Part shown: piece by piece, positions 1 to 10,618 of the stretch
Numbering within the stretch: the stretch's first letter is position 1
Layout of the letters: each line of letters starts with the position of its first letter
Source of the DNA: an uncultured Gemmatimonadales bacterium
Lineage (GTDB): Bacteria; Gemmatimonadota; Gemmatimonadetes; Longimicrobiales; Gaopeijiaceae
DNA: 64,000 bases
Direction of reading: 5' to 3'
Assembly (NCBI GenBank): GCA_963809895.1
Contig: CAWELD010000004.1
Span: 64,001-128,000, forward strand
The notes under the pieces: generated by a model
Seen by the model: the letters and a program-made list of their open reading frames with translations, nothing else
Told to the model about the DNA's origin: nothing
Databases searched by the model: none
Translations under genes and position numbers: made by a program

Positions 1-191
1 GACGACCGCGTGGTGCCGGCCCACTCGTTCAAGTACGCCGCGGCCATGCAGGCGGCCCAGGCCGACGACGATCCCATCCTGATCCGGGTGGAGACCAATT
101 CGGCCCACGGCGCCAGCTCCACGGGCAAGGCGCTGGACATCACCGCCGACATCGATGCCTTCGTCTTCAAGCAGCTGGGGGTGACGCCGCG

Positions 192-195
<4 letters not shown>
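1..195 (+). CDS. Prolyl oligopeptidase (S9) C-terminal fragment, truncated by window start
   Basis: Frame from base 1 reads [17 protein letters not shown]...[13 protein letters not shown], the catalytic Asp and His regions of S9A peptidases. Confidence 0.9.
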
Positions 196-2153
<1,958 letters not shown>

Positions 2154-2181
2154 GGCGCTCACCCGTCGCCACGGCGGGTCC

Positions 2182-3150
2182 CTATCCGAGCACGGCTCGC
2201 TTCATGGCGTCGGCGGCGCGACGCACGAAGGCCTCGACCCCCGAGCGTTGCGCGGCGGCATTCCCCATCGCCACCACCGCCTCGGCCTCGAGCACGGCGC
2301 CGGTCCAGCCCTCGGTGTGCCATCCCCCGGGCCCGTCCAGGACGGGCAGCTCGACCGGATCGGGTGCCGGCCATCCGTTGACGTAGAAGTAGGGGGCGTC
2401 GTAGCTCCCGTCGCCAGGTGACATCCCCACGCCGACGTAGCGGGGGTCCGGGCCCTCGCCGTCGCCGCTCTCCGCGCCGTCGCCCGCTCGATCCTCGCCT
2501 CCATACGTCAGCAGCGCGGCCATGTCGAAATGGTGCGGCCAGCAGCGAACGACAGACGCTTCCGGCGTGGCGGCGGACAACGGCGCCAGGACCGCGAAGG
2601 CGTCCTGGTACCAACGCGCCAGCTCCTCGAGGGCGTCTGCACCGGCCCGGAGGGGGGCGCCGCCGGTGGTGGTAGCGGCGCGGCCGTGGTCGCCTTCGCT
2701 GGCGGCGCGGCTGCCGCCGCCGTCGCCGTCGGACCGCGGAGGGATCTCGTACTCGGGCCAAGCCATCGCCACCGGGGCCCCGCCACGCGCCTCACCGACG
2801 GCGGCGCCCAGCCACGTTCGCGCTCCCTGCACGGTCTCGCCCTCGAGGTCGAGGGTCGCCAGCACTTCGGCGCCGCGGCGCAGTTCGAGCCGGAGTTCGG
2901 CGACCCGCACCGCGGCCCGCAGGCCATCAGCGGCGGCCTGACTCAGGAAGGTCCCCTGGCCCGCCTGCCAGTCCAGGCTGCGGTGGCTGTCGTCGTCGCG
3001 TGGTTCGACCAGCGTGTGCCCGAACGACGCCAACAGCTGGACCGCGTGATGGACGACCAGGCGGGGGCGTTCGAGGCGGGTCGGAGGGACGGCGCCCAGC
3101 CGGGCCCAGGTGGGCTCGTGGGCTTGGCCGTCCAGGGAGGAGGATCTCAT
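2182..3150 (-). CDS. Hypothetical protein, possibly DUF5996-like
   Basis: Coding-like ORF with WPHHFD and GMSPGDGSYDAPYFYV motifs; family assigned from memory only. Confidence 0.6.
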   Translation of the reverse strand: MRSSSLDGQAHEPTWARLGAVPPTRLERPRLVVHHAVQLLASFGHTLVEPRDDDSHRSLDWQAGQGTFLSQAAADGLRAAVRVAELRLELRRGAEVLATLDLEGETVQGARTWLGAAVGEARGGAPVAMAWPEYEIPPRSDGDGGGSRAASEGDHGRAATTTGGAPLRAGADALEELARWYQDAFAVLAPLSAATPEASVVRCWPHHFDMAALLTYGGEDRAGDGAESGDGEGPDPRYVGVGMSPGDGSYDAPYFYVNGWPAPDPVELPVLDGPGGWHTEGWTGAVLEAEAVVAMGNAAAQRSGVEAFVRRAADAMKRAVLG

Positions 3151-3359
3151 CACGCGCTCTCGATTGCTGGATCAGGGGTTCGGCTACCCACTCCAATGCC
3201 TTTGCCGTGCGCTCTGTTCCTGGCCGCCCCTCGTCGCCCACCTCCGCGTGTCGGGAACATCTGCCGGGCCCTCTTGCTTCGGACCTACCGAACGACCGAT
3301 CCGCCGACCCACCCCGGGTGGAACCGACGGATCCCTCACCCGCAACAGGAGGAACCGTC

Positions 3360-3803
3360 ATGTCCGGACGACTCGATCTCGGACGCGCCGTGCTCGCTGG
3401 AGTCCTCGGTACCGCCGCCATGACGCTCGTCGGCGTGTACGTGGCGCCGATCATGGGAATCCCTCGCATGAACCCCGCCGTCATGCTCGCGGGAGCCATG
3501 GGCGGCAACCTGGTTCTGGGGTGGATGGGCCACCTCATGATCGGTATCGTCCTGGCCCTCGGTTTCGCCCTGGTTGCTCCGGCGCTGCCGGGCCCGGCCG
3601 CGCTTCGTGGCGCCCTGTGGGGCCTCGCACCCTTCTTCCTGGCCCAGATCGTCGTGATGCCGATGATGGGCATGGCCGTCTTCTCCGGTTCCCTCGTGAT
3701 GGCCATGGGCAGCCTGGTCGGCCACCTGGTCTACGGCGGGGTCGTCGGAAGCATCTATGGGACGCCGGATTCGGCCGGGAGCGTGGCGCACGCGACGGCG
3801 TGA
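3360..3803 (+). CDS. Small four-TM membrane protein (DUF6789/DUF2938-like)
   Basis: AGGAGG RBS before ATG 3360; GTAAMT, GWMGHLMIG and LVGHLVYG intramembrane His motifs. Confidence 0.75.
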   Translation: MSGRLDLGRAVLAGVLGTAAMTLVGVYVAPIMGIPRMNPAVMLAGAMGGNLVLGWMGHLMIGIVLALGFALVAPALPGPAALRGALWGLAPFFLAQIVVMPMMGMAVFSGSLVMAMGSLVGHLVYGGVVGSIYGTPDSAGSVAHATA

Positions 3804-3868
3804 CCCCCAGGCGGGAGGCGCCGGCCGCAGCCGGCCCGGCGCCTCCCGGCGGATCCGCCCCGACGATC

Positions 3869-4471
3869 ATGGACGTGCCCGGTCAGCGTGAGCGCCGCAC
3901 GGCGAGCTTCGAGGAGGAGGCACTCCCCTATCTCGACGCCGTGTACCGCTTCGCCGTGCGTCTCACCGGCGCGCGGGAGCAGGCCGAGGATCTCGCCCAG
4001 GAGACCTTCCTGCAGGCGTTCAAGGCCTGGGATCAATACACGCCTGGCACCCGATGCAAGAGCTGGCTCTTCACCATCGCCCGCAACCTGCATCTCCGCG
4101 GCGCCAACCGCCGGCATCGCTACGACGAGATCCTCGCCGAGAACGCCGGGAGATCGTGGGATCCGGAGAATCCCGTGAATCCGCTCTGGGCATCGATCGT
4201 CGCCGTGGATCCCGAGGGTGAGTTCTTCAGCTCTATCGTGGACGAACGCGTGCTCACTGCGATGGACGACCTGCCCGAGGAGTTTCGCACCGCCGTGATG
4301 CTCTGCGATGTCGAGGGCCTCACCTACGAGGAGATCGCCGCCCTCATGGAGGTTCCGGTAGGCACGGTGAAGAGTCGCCTGTATCGCGGTCGCCGACAGC
4401 TCCAGGAGACCCTGTACGACTACGCGGTGGCGGCGGGCTACATCTCGCCGCGCACACCGCCGAAGCCCTGA
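3869..4471 (+). CDS. ECF sigma-70 factor (SigR/SigH-like)
   Basis: AEDLAQETFLQAF, KSWLFTIARN and EGLTYEEIA...PVGTVKSRLYRGR (regions 2 and 4). Confidence 0.92.
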   Translation: MDVPGQRERRTASFEEEALPYLDAVYRFAVRLTGAREQAEDLAQETFLQAFKAWDQYTPGTRCKSWLFTIARNLHLRGANRRHRYDEILAENAGRSWDPENPVNPLWASIVAVDPEGEFFSSIVDERVLTAMDDLPEEFRTAVMLCDVEGLTYEEIAALMEVPVGTVKSRLYRGRRQLQETLYDYAVAAGYISPRTPPKP

Positions 4472-4493
4472 CCGACGAGGAGGGGGAGAGGCC

Positions 4494-4802
4494 ATGACCT
4501 TCGCAGGCTGGCTCCGGGGATTGCTCGCCCGGAAGGACCCCGCCCGGAATGAGACCCGTTCCGGGATCACATGCTCCGAGGCGTTGGCCGCGCTGCAGGC
4601 CTACCTCGACGGGCGCCTGACCGGGGATGATCACGACCGGGTGAAAGCGCACCTCGACGTCTGCGCGCGCTGCTACCCCCGACTCAGACTCGAAGAGTCG
4701 TTCCGGCTCGCCGTGCAACGCGCGGCCAGAGGAGAGCGGGCTTCCCCCGCCCTGCGCGGCCGCCTCCAAGCCCTGCTCCGGGAGGCCGCCCTCGACGATT
4801 GA
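4494..4802 (+). CDS. Soluble zinc-binding anti-sigma factor (zf-HC2, RsrA-like)
   Basis: C...YLDG...HLDVCARC (HxxxCxxC) directly downstream of the ECF sigma; no TM segment. Confidence 0.88.
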   Translation: MTFAGWLRGLLARKDPARNETRSGITCSEALAALQAYLDGRLTGDDHDRVKAHLDVCARCYPRLRLEESFRLAVQRAARGERASPALRGRLQALLREAALDD

Positions 4803-4855
4803 GCGGAAATGTCGCTCGGCCCATGGGCGCCCGTGCGCCGAGCGGCAACAGCGAC

Positions 4856-4871
4856 CGGCCCGATGCTTGCA
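4856..4871 (+). promoter_or_regulatory. Candidate sigma-54 (-24/-12) promoter
   Basis: CGGCCCG-ATGC-TTGCA versus consensus TGGCACG-N4-TTGCW; GG-N10-GC spacing exact; about 70 bp before ATG 4942. Confidence 0.45.
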
Positions 4872-4941
4872 AGTCCCTTCGCGCATCCCGACCGGCTCGC
4901 GGCAGCCGCTCGCAACGTCCATCGCGCGCACGGAGCATCCA

Positions 4942-5379
4942 ATGAGCCCGAAACGATACCTGTTGAGCCGGGACGCCCGCACCGTCCTGGACGAGCTGGG
5001 CATCGACCTGTTCTACGTCGATGGCGGCCTCGTCTGGATGGGCGGCACCGAAGGGAGCCCCTACTCGCCGGCGTCGATGGAGTCCGTGGAGGACGCGTGT
5101 GCGGCCGTCCATGACGCCGGCTCGTTCCGGGACGAGGCGCACCGCTTCGAGGTCTTTCTGGCGCGTCTCGACTCCGAACAGGGTCCGGCCATGGCCCCCC
5201 CTCGGCCTGAGCCCCTCGGTCAGACCCTTCGCTCGCTGGGTGCGGCATCGCCGAACGCCGTCGTGGACGGTCGCACCCCCGAGCTGTCACGCTGGGAGCG
5301 GATCCTGTATGAGCTCCGCCCCGATCGCCCTCGTCGCCCCCGTCGCCGCCATTCCCGGAGGACCGGCGCCGGCGAATAG
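4942..5379 (+). CDS. Hypothetical protein
   Basis: GGAG RBS before ATG 4942; GC3-rich codons; no recognised motif. Confidence 0.6.
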   Translation: MSPKRYLLSRDARTVLDELGIDLFYVDGGLVWMGGTEGSPYSPASMESVEDACAAVHDAGSFRDEAHRFEVFLARLDSEQGPAMAPPRPEPLGQTLRSLGAASPNAVVDGRTPELSRWERILYELRPDRPRRPRRRHSRRTGAGE

Positions 5380-5542
5380 CACCCCAGGTTGGGCGGCCGA
5401 GGTCGCCTCCGACGCCCGCCCCGGGCGCGCGACCGACGAGGGGCCGACGGGTCGGGCGTCCGAATGGGCTGTTATCGGGACCGGCGGGGCCTCCGACCGC
5501 ATCGGGCCGGCGGGCCCCCAACCTCGTCGGGCCGGCCGCGCC

Positions 5543-5596
5543 GCCCCCGACCTCGCCGCCGGCCCCGACCTCGTCGCCGGCCCCGACCTCGTCGCC
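5543..5596. repeat. Tandem repeat, 3 x 18 bp (GGCCCCGACCTCGTCGCC)
   Basis: Units at 5543, 5561 and 5579; the last two are identical. Confidence 0.9.
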
Positions 5597-5633
5597 AACT
5601 GGTAACTGGAGGGGGGTATTTCGACGATCTGCC

Positions 5634-5723
5634 AATTCGACTCGCTCAGCGAGTTGAATCCGTAGAACCGGCGATCCGGCCCGTCACGACCTGTCGAGAT
5701 TGACTCGCTCAGCGAGTCGAATC
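5634..5723. repeat. Pair of ~27-bp palindromes, consensus GATTCGACTCGCTCAGCGAGTCGAATC
   Basis: 5634-5660 AATTCGACTCGCTCAGCGAGTTGAATC and 5698-5723 GATTGACTCGCTCAGCGAGTCGAATC, 37-bp spacer. Confidence 0.85.
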
Positions 5724-5850
5724 GGTGAATGGTGATCGAGAGGGCCTCCATTGTCCCGTTGGCGTCGGGTCTTCGAGCCCGCCATCGGAACCGCCGCCGG
5801 GCGCCTCCACCCCGGCGGGCTGCCGCGGAGACCGCCTGGCCGCCGACTCC

Positions 5851-6399
5851 TCAGCCGCCTCCGCCCTGGCTCGACGGCGGCACCATGCCATTCAGCCGGA
5901 AGTAGGTGATGAGGTTCCCATAGTGCTCGAAGTCGTGCGACACGTTGTAGATGAGCGGGAAGAGGCGGTTCTGCCGGCCGCCGAACGCAGCGCTCGGTGC
6001 GGCCAGGTCCGCGGCGCTCATGTCGCTGTAGAGCTCGTCGCAGTAGGCGAACGAGGCCGCGAGCGCCTCCATGATCTCGGACTTGGTGGCGAGCTTCTCG
6101 GCATCCCCCGGCGCCGGGTTGTCCTCGTTCCGGGCAGCAGAGCAGAAGTAGTACTGGTCGTTGGTCACGTGTCCCAGGATTTCGCCGAACGAGCGCACCT
6201 CGGGTGTGGGCCGATACGAGAACTCGTCCTCGGGCATCTGCTCGGCCGACTGGGTCAGATAGCCCTTCACCTGCATGTACAGCGGCCGCAGCGCGTCCAA
6301 CGAGGTGTTCGAGCCCGAAGCCATGGCGGCCTGCTGGGCACCGAGTGGCGCCGCCGCGCACAGGGCCAGGACCGGCATCATCATCCAATTCCGCTTCAT
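5851..6399 (-). CDS. Secreted DinB-family protein
   Basis: GGAGG RBS; signal peptide; RSFGEILGH and HDFEHYGNL (DinB metal-binding His residues). Confidence 0.85.
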   Translation of the reverse strand: MKRNWMMMPVLALCAAAPLGAQQAAMASGSNTSLDALRPLYMQVKGYLTQSAEQMPEDEFSYRPTPEVRSFGEILGHVTNDQYYFCSAARNEDNPAPGDAEKLATKSEIMEALAASFAYCDELYSDMSAADLAAPSAAFGGRQNRLFPLIYNVSHDFEHYGNLITYFRLNGMVPPSSQGGGG

Positions 6400-6627
6400 C
6401 ACGTCACCTCCACTCGAGAGCGGGCCTCGTAGTTCCCGTGGCGCCGCGCGGCCCGACCCGGCCCGGCGCCCACCGACACGATCGGGGCGGAAAGCGCGCC
6501 GATCAAGGGATTGTCTGCCGACGGCGCATCCATGCGACGCGGGGTCCGCCCCCCTGGCGCAGAGTCCCCGGAGGGCCGACCCTGATCTCGTCACATCGCT
6601 TCGCCGCCCCCGGAGTCCCCGCGCGCC

Positions 6628-7221
6628 ATGCCCGATGTCCGCCTCCAGTCCCAACTCCGCTTCATCGCCGAAATCGACAAGCTCAAGAACATCGAGCGAA
6701 TGATCAGCGTCATCGGAGGGACGCGCCGCGAGAACAGCGCAGAGCACTCGTGGCACCTGGCGACCATGGCGCCGCTGCTGGCCGAGTACGCCCCCGAGGG
6801 CACCGACGTGCTGCGGGTCCAGACCATGCTCCTGATCCACGACATCGTGGAGATCGATGCCGGCGACACCTTCGCCTTCGACGCCGAGCTGGCAGCCGAT
6901 CAGCACGAGCGGGAAAGGCGGGCGGCCGAACGCCTCTTCGGCATCCTCCCCGACGACCAGGGCGCCGAGCTCCGCGAGTGCTGGCTCGAGTTCGAGCGAG
7001 GTGACACCCCCGAAGCCCGCTACGCCGTGGCCCTCGACCGTTTCCAGGCGCTCCTCATGAACCGGGGCAACGGCGGCGGTACCTGGAAGATCCACGGCAT
7101 CTCACGCGAGCAGGTCCTGGACCGCATGGCACCGATCCGTGATGCGGCACCGGCGCTCTGGAACGTGGTGTTGGCGGTGATGGACGAGGTGGGATTGGAT
7201 TCCTCCGAGAACGATACGTAG
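6628..7221 (+). CDS. HD-domain phosphohydrolase (HD_3, 5'-deoxynucleotidase-like)
   Basis: ENSAEHSWHLA, LIHDIVEIDAGD and ALDRFQ motifs. Confidence 0.9.
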   Translation: MPDVRLQSQLRFIAEIDKLKNIERMISVIGGTRRENSAEHSWHLATMAPLLAEYAPEGTDVLRVQTMLLIHDIVEIDAGDTFAFDAELAADQHERERRAAERLFGILPDDQGAELRECWLEFERGDTPEARYAVALDRFQALLMNRGNGGGTWKIHGISREQVLDRMAPIRDAAPALWNVVLAVMDEVGLDSSENDT

Positions 7222-7272
7222 CTGGCAGTCGCCAGAACGAGCTCGCGGCCGACCTCCGGGCCCTCCTCTTCC

Positions 7273-7323
7273 TTGACAACCCCGGCCGGCAAGCTCCATC
7301 CTTACCCCTCAACACTCACGGGG
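7273..7323 (+). promoter_or_regulatory. Sigma70-like promoter and candidate PadR operator
   Basis: TTGACA 7273-7278, weak -10 CATCCT 7297-7302; imperfect inverted repeat CCCCTC...CACGGGG 7305-7323. Confidence 0.45.
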
Positions 7324-7343
7324 AACGTTCTGGGGGCAATCCC

Positions 7344-7682
7344 ATGCCGGACGACCTGCCGCTTCTGAAGGGCACGCTGGACCTCCTGATCCTCAAGGCG
7401 CTGAGCGTCGAGCCCACGCACGGCTACGGTATCGCCCGCTGGCTGGAGGCGCGGTCCGGGGGCGCGTTGGGCATCGACGACAGCGCGCTCTATCAGGCGC
7501 TCCACCGCCTCGAAGCCCGGGGACTCCTCACGGCGTCGTGGGGCCGCTCCGAGAACAACCGCCGCGCCCGCTTCTACGAGCTCTCGCCCAAGGGGCGGGG
7601 CCAGCTGGCGGACCAGGCCGACACCTGGACGCGCTACGCGCGCTCGGTGGAGCATGTGCTGGCCGCGGAGGGCGGGGAGTAG
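7344..7682 (+). CDS. PadR-family transcriptional regulator (ADOP-associated type)
   Basis: LLKGTLDLLILKAL...HGYGIA...LYQALHRLE...SENNRRARFY. Confidence 0.93.
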   Translation: MPDDLPLLKGTLDLLILKALSVEPTHGYGIARWLEARSGGALGIDDSALYQALHRLEARGLLTASWGRSENNRRARFYELSPKGRGQLADQADTWTRYARSVEHVLAAEGGE

Positions 7683-7784
7683 CGCAGCCCCGCGAGCATC
7701 CGTGTCGCACCGGGAGCGACGAAGCGCGGCTCCCGCGTGGCGGGCCACGCGCCCGCGCCGAGACGGGACGACGAGGAGGAGGAC

Positions 7785-10415
7785 ATGGGCAAGAGGGAGC
7801 GAGACCGCATCCGCCGCGACCTCGAAGAGGAGCGCGCGGCGCACCTCGACATGCGTACCGAGCAGCTCGTGGCCGAGGGGATGGACCCCGACGCGGCGCG
7901 CGAAGAGGCTCGCCGCCGCTTCGGCGACATGGACGAGGCTCGTCGCCGGACCGAAGCCAGCGCCCGGGCTCTGGCCCGCAGCCGCCGCCGGACCGCCTGG
8001 GGGACCAGCGTCGCCCGGTGGCTCCGCTATACGGTGCGCCGGGCCTGGCGTTCACGAGGCTATACCCAGATCTCGATCCTCATCTACGCGCTGAGCGTCG
8101 GGCTCACGACCTTCACCTTCATGATGGCCGATCAGGTTCTCCTGCGGCCGCTCCCGTTCCCGGAGCCGGACCGCCTGATCGCCCTGCAGGGTGTGGCAGA
8201 GAAGGGCAACCCCGTCTCCCGGGTCTCCATGGGGAACTGGGTGGATTGGAAGGAGGGCGCCACGACGCTGGCCTCCACGGCCCTCTTCAGCGCTGAAGAC
8301 GCCAGCGTCCTCCTGGGAGCCGACGACGCGTCGTGGGTCAGAGCCGCCACGGTGCACGGACCCTTCTTCCGCACCATGGGCATTCCCGCGGCCGTGGGCC
8401 GGACCCTCACCGAAGACGACGGCCAGAGCCGGGCGCCGGTGGTGGTGATCAGCCAGACCTTCTGGATGAGCGCCTTCGGCGGAAACCCGGACCTGGAATC
8501 CCTGGACCTCACGGTGAACGGGCGCCGGGTCCAGGTGGTGGGGGTGGTCGCGGCCGGACGAGAATTCCCCGAGGGCACCCAGGTCTGGATCCCCTTGCCC
8601 TACCGGGCCGAGTCGGGTGCGATGAGGAACAACATCAACTACGAGGCGGTGGCCCGCCTCGAGCCCGCCGTCACCCCGGAACGTGCCGAGCAGGAGCTCG
8701 ACCGCATCGCCGACGCCATCCGCGAACGCGAGCCGGAAGCCATCTACTCCTACGGGGTCCACGTTCTGCCCCTGCGGGACACCGTGGTGGGCGATGCCCG
8801 GAACTGGCTTCGGCTTCTCGCCGGCGCCGTGATCTTCGTGCTCCTGGTGGCGTGCGCGAACCTGGCCGGGCTGGGCCTGGCCCGGAGCCGCCGCCGCGAG
8901 CAGGACACCGCCGTCCGTCTGGCACTGGGGGCGGGCCGCGGGCAGCTGGTGGCCGACCAGCTGGCCGAACATCTGCTCCTCGCCCTGCTGGGGGGCACGC
9001 TGGGGGTGGCGCTGGCCGCGGTGGGCAGCGGCGCGCTCCTGCGACTGTTCGCCGACCACCTGCCCCGCTCGGCAGAAGTGGGATTCGACACCAGGATCGC
9101 CGCGTTCGGGATCCTGGCGGCGCTGGCCGCCGGCGTCCTCGCGGGCCTGGCGCCGGCCCTGCTCGGAGCTCGAAACGTGGCGCCCGGGCTCGCCGGAGGC
9201 GCCCGGGGATCCGTGCGCGGCGGCCGCCGCATGCCCGGTGTCCTCATGGTGGGCACGGAGATCGCGCTGGCGGTCATGCTCCTGGTCGGGGGCGGCCTCC
9301 TGCTGCGCTCGCTCCTCTCCATCGTTTCCCGAGACCTGGGCTTCGATCCCGACGACGTGGTCGTCCTCGACATCGCGCTGACGGCCCCGGAGTACCGCGA
9401 CCTCGGGACCCGCATGACATACTGGGATCGCCTCCTGGAGGGACTACGGGCCGATCCCGGCGTCGTTCAGGCAGGCCTCGGAAACTGGATCCCCACGGGG
9501 GGCGGAGGCACGAGCTTCATCGAGCTCGACGGGCTGCCCGATCCGAACGGCGGCGCGGGCTACCGGGTCGTGAGCGACGGCTACTTCGACGCCATGGGGA
9601 TTCCGCTGCTGCAGGGACGCCGCTTCGACCGCGGTGATGCGCTGGGCACGGAGCGCGTGGGCCTCGTGAACCAGGCGGCGGCCCGCGCCTTCTGGCCCGA
9701 CGAGGACCCTCTGGGAAAGCGCATCAAGGCGCCCAGCATGGAGGCCTACTACAACGGCGGCACGGCCGACTGGATCACCGTGGTCGGGGTCGTGGGAGAC
9801 GTGCGCCACTACGGGCCCGAGTCCGACCCGAGGCCCGAGCTCTTCGTCCTCCATCGCCAGATGCCCGGGTGGACCGGGTACATGTCCGCCGTGGTCAAGG
9901 TGCGGCCCGGCGCGTCGGCCACCCTGCCCGCGTCGTTGCGGCAGACGGCCCGGGACCTGGACGAGCGCCTGCCCGTCCAGGTCGCTACGCTCGCGCAGCG
10001 GGTGCAGGCGCTGCTCAGCGAGCGGAAGCTCATTCTCGGGGTGCTGGCGACCTTCGCCGCCAGCGCCCTCCTCCTGGTGTGCCTGGGGATCTACGGCCTG
10101 GTGTCGTTCGCGGTCTCGGCGCGCACCCGCGAGATCGCCGTCCGCACCGCGCTGGGAGCCCAGAGAGGCGGGATCATGGCCATGGTGCTGGGCGACGCCG
10201 GCCGGGTGGCGTTGGCCGGTGCCGCCGTGGGACTCCTGCTGGCCCTGCTGCTGAGGCGGGCGCTGGACGCCATGGTGGTCGGGGTGTCCACCACGGATCC
10301 GGTCACCTACGTGGGCGCGGCGGTGCTCGTGGTGGCCTCCGCCCTGGCCGCCGCCTTCGTCCCCTCGATCCGCGCAGCACGACTCGATCCCCTGAAGGCG
10401 CTCACGAAGGACTGA
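7785..10415 (+). CDS. ADOP-like duplicated MacB/FtsX permease
   Basis: ARRRFGD prefix; LLRPLPFP; LLVACANLAGL; REIAVRTALGA; AARLDP C-terminus; GGAGGA RBS. Confidence 0.92.
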   Translation: MGKRERDRIRRDLEEERAAHLDMRTEQLVAEGMDPDAAREEARRRFGDMDEARRRTEASARALARSRRRTAWGTSVARWLRYTVRRAWRSRGYTQISILIYALSVGLTTFTFMMADQVLLRPLPFPEPDRLIALQGVAEKGNPVSRVSMGNWVDWKEGATTLASTALFSAEDASVLLGADDASWVRAATVHGPFFRTMGIPAAVGRTLTEDDGQSRAPVVVISQTFWMSAFGGNPDLESLDLTVNGRRVQVVGVVAAGREFPEGTQVWIPLPYRAESGAMRNNINYEAVARLEPAVTPERAEQELDRIADAIREREPEAIYSYGVHVLPLRDTVVGDARNWLRLLAGAVIFVLLVACANLAGLGLARSRRREQDTAVRLALGAGRGQLVADQLAEHLLLALLGGTLGVALAAVGSGALLRLFADHLPRSAEVGFDTRIAAFGILAALAAGVLAGLAPALLGARNVAPGLAGGARGSVRGGRRMPGVLMVGTEIALAVMLLVGGGLLLRSLLSIVSRDLGFDPDDVVVLDIALTAPEYRDLGTRMTYWDRLLEGLRADPGVVQAGLGNWIPTGGGGTSFIELDGLPDPNGGAGYRVVSDGYFDAMGIPLLQGRRFDRGDALGTERVGLVNQAAARAFWPDEDPLGKRIKAPSMEAYYNGGTADWITVVGVVGDVRHYGPESDPRPELFVLHRQMPGWTGYMSAVVKVRPGASATLPASLRQTARDLDERLPVQVATLAQRVQALLSERKLILGVLATFAASALLLVCLGIYGLVSFAVSARTREIAVRTALGAQRGGIMAMVLGDAGRVALAGAAVGLLLALLLRRALDAMVVGVSTTDPVTYVGAAVLVVASALAAAFVPSIRAARLDPLKALTKD

Positions 10416-10492
10416 AACCGCCGGGGCTCGCGCCACGGGGCCCTCTGCACGGGAAAACAGCGAGTCCATTCGGCCGCCGCGGACCCCTTGTC

Positions 10493-10521
10493 CATCGTAG
10501 TCTGCAATGTACACTTCGATG
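10493..10521. promoter_or_regulatory. Inverted repeat, candidate operator upstream of ADOP permease
   Basis: CATCGTAGT-N11-ACTTCGATG (one mismatch) in an AT-richer patch. Confidence 0.5.
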
Positions 10522-10618
10522 AGGAGACCGCCCCAGCAACCCCTGGATCCGCCCACTCCCTACCCGGATTTCCCATGAGCTTCCACGACCGGCTCGATCC
10601 CGAAGGCGGTTGCACGCC

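Noticed and set aside
5634..5723. CRISPR mini-array
   Set aside because: Only two non-identical, fully palindromic repeats per site; no leader and no cas genes in the window
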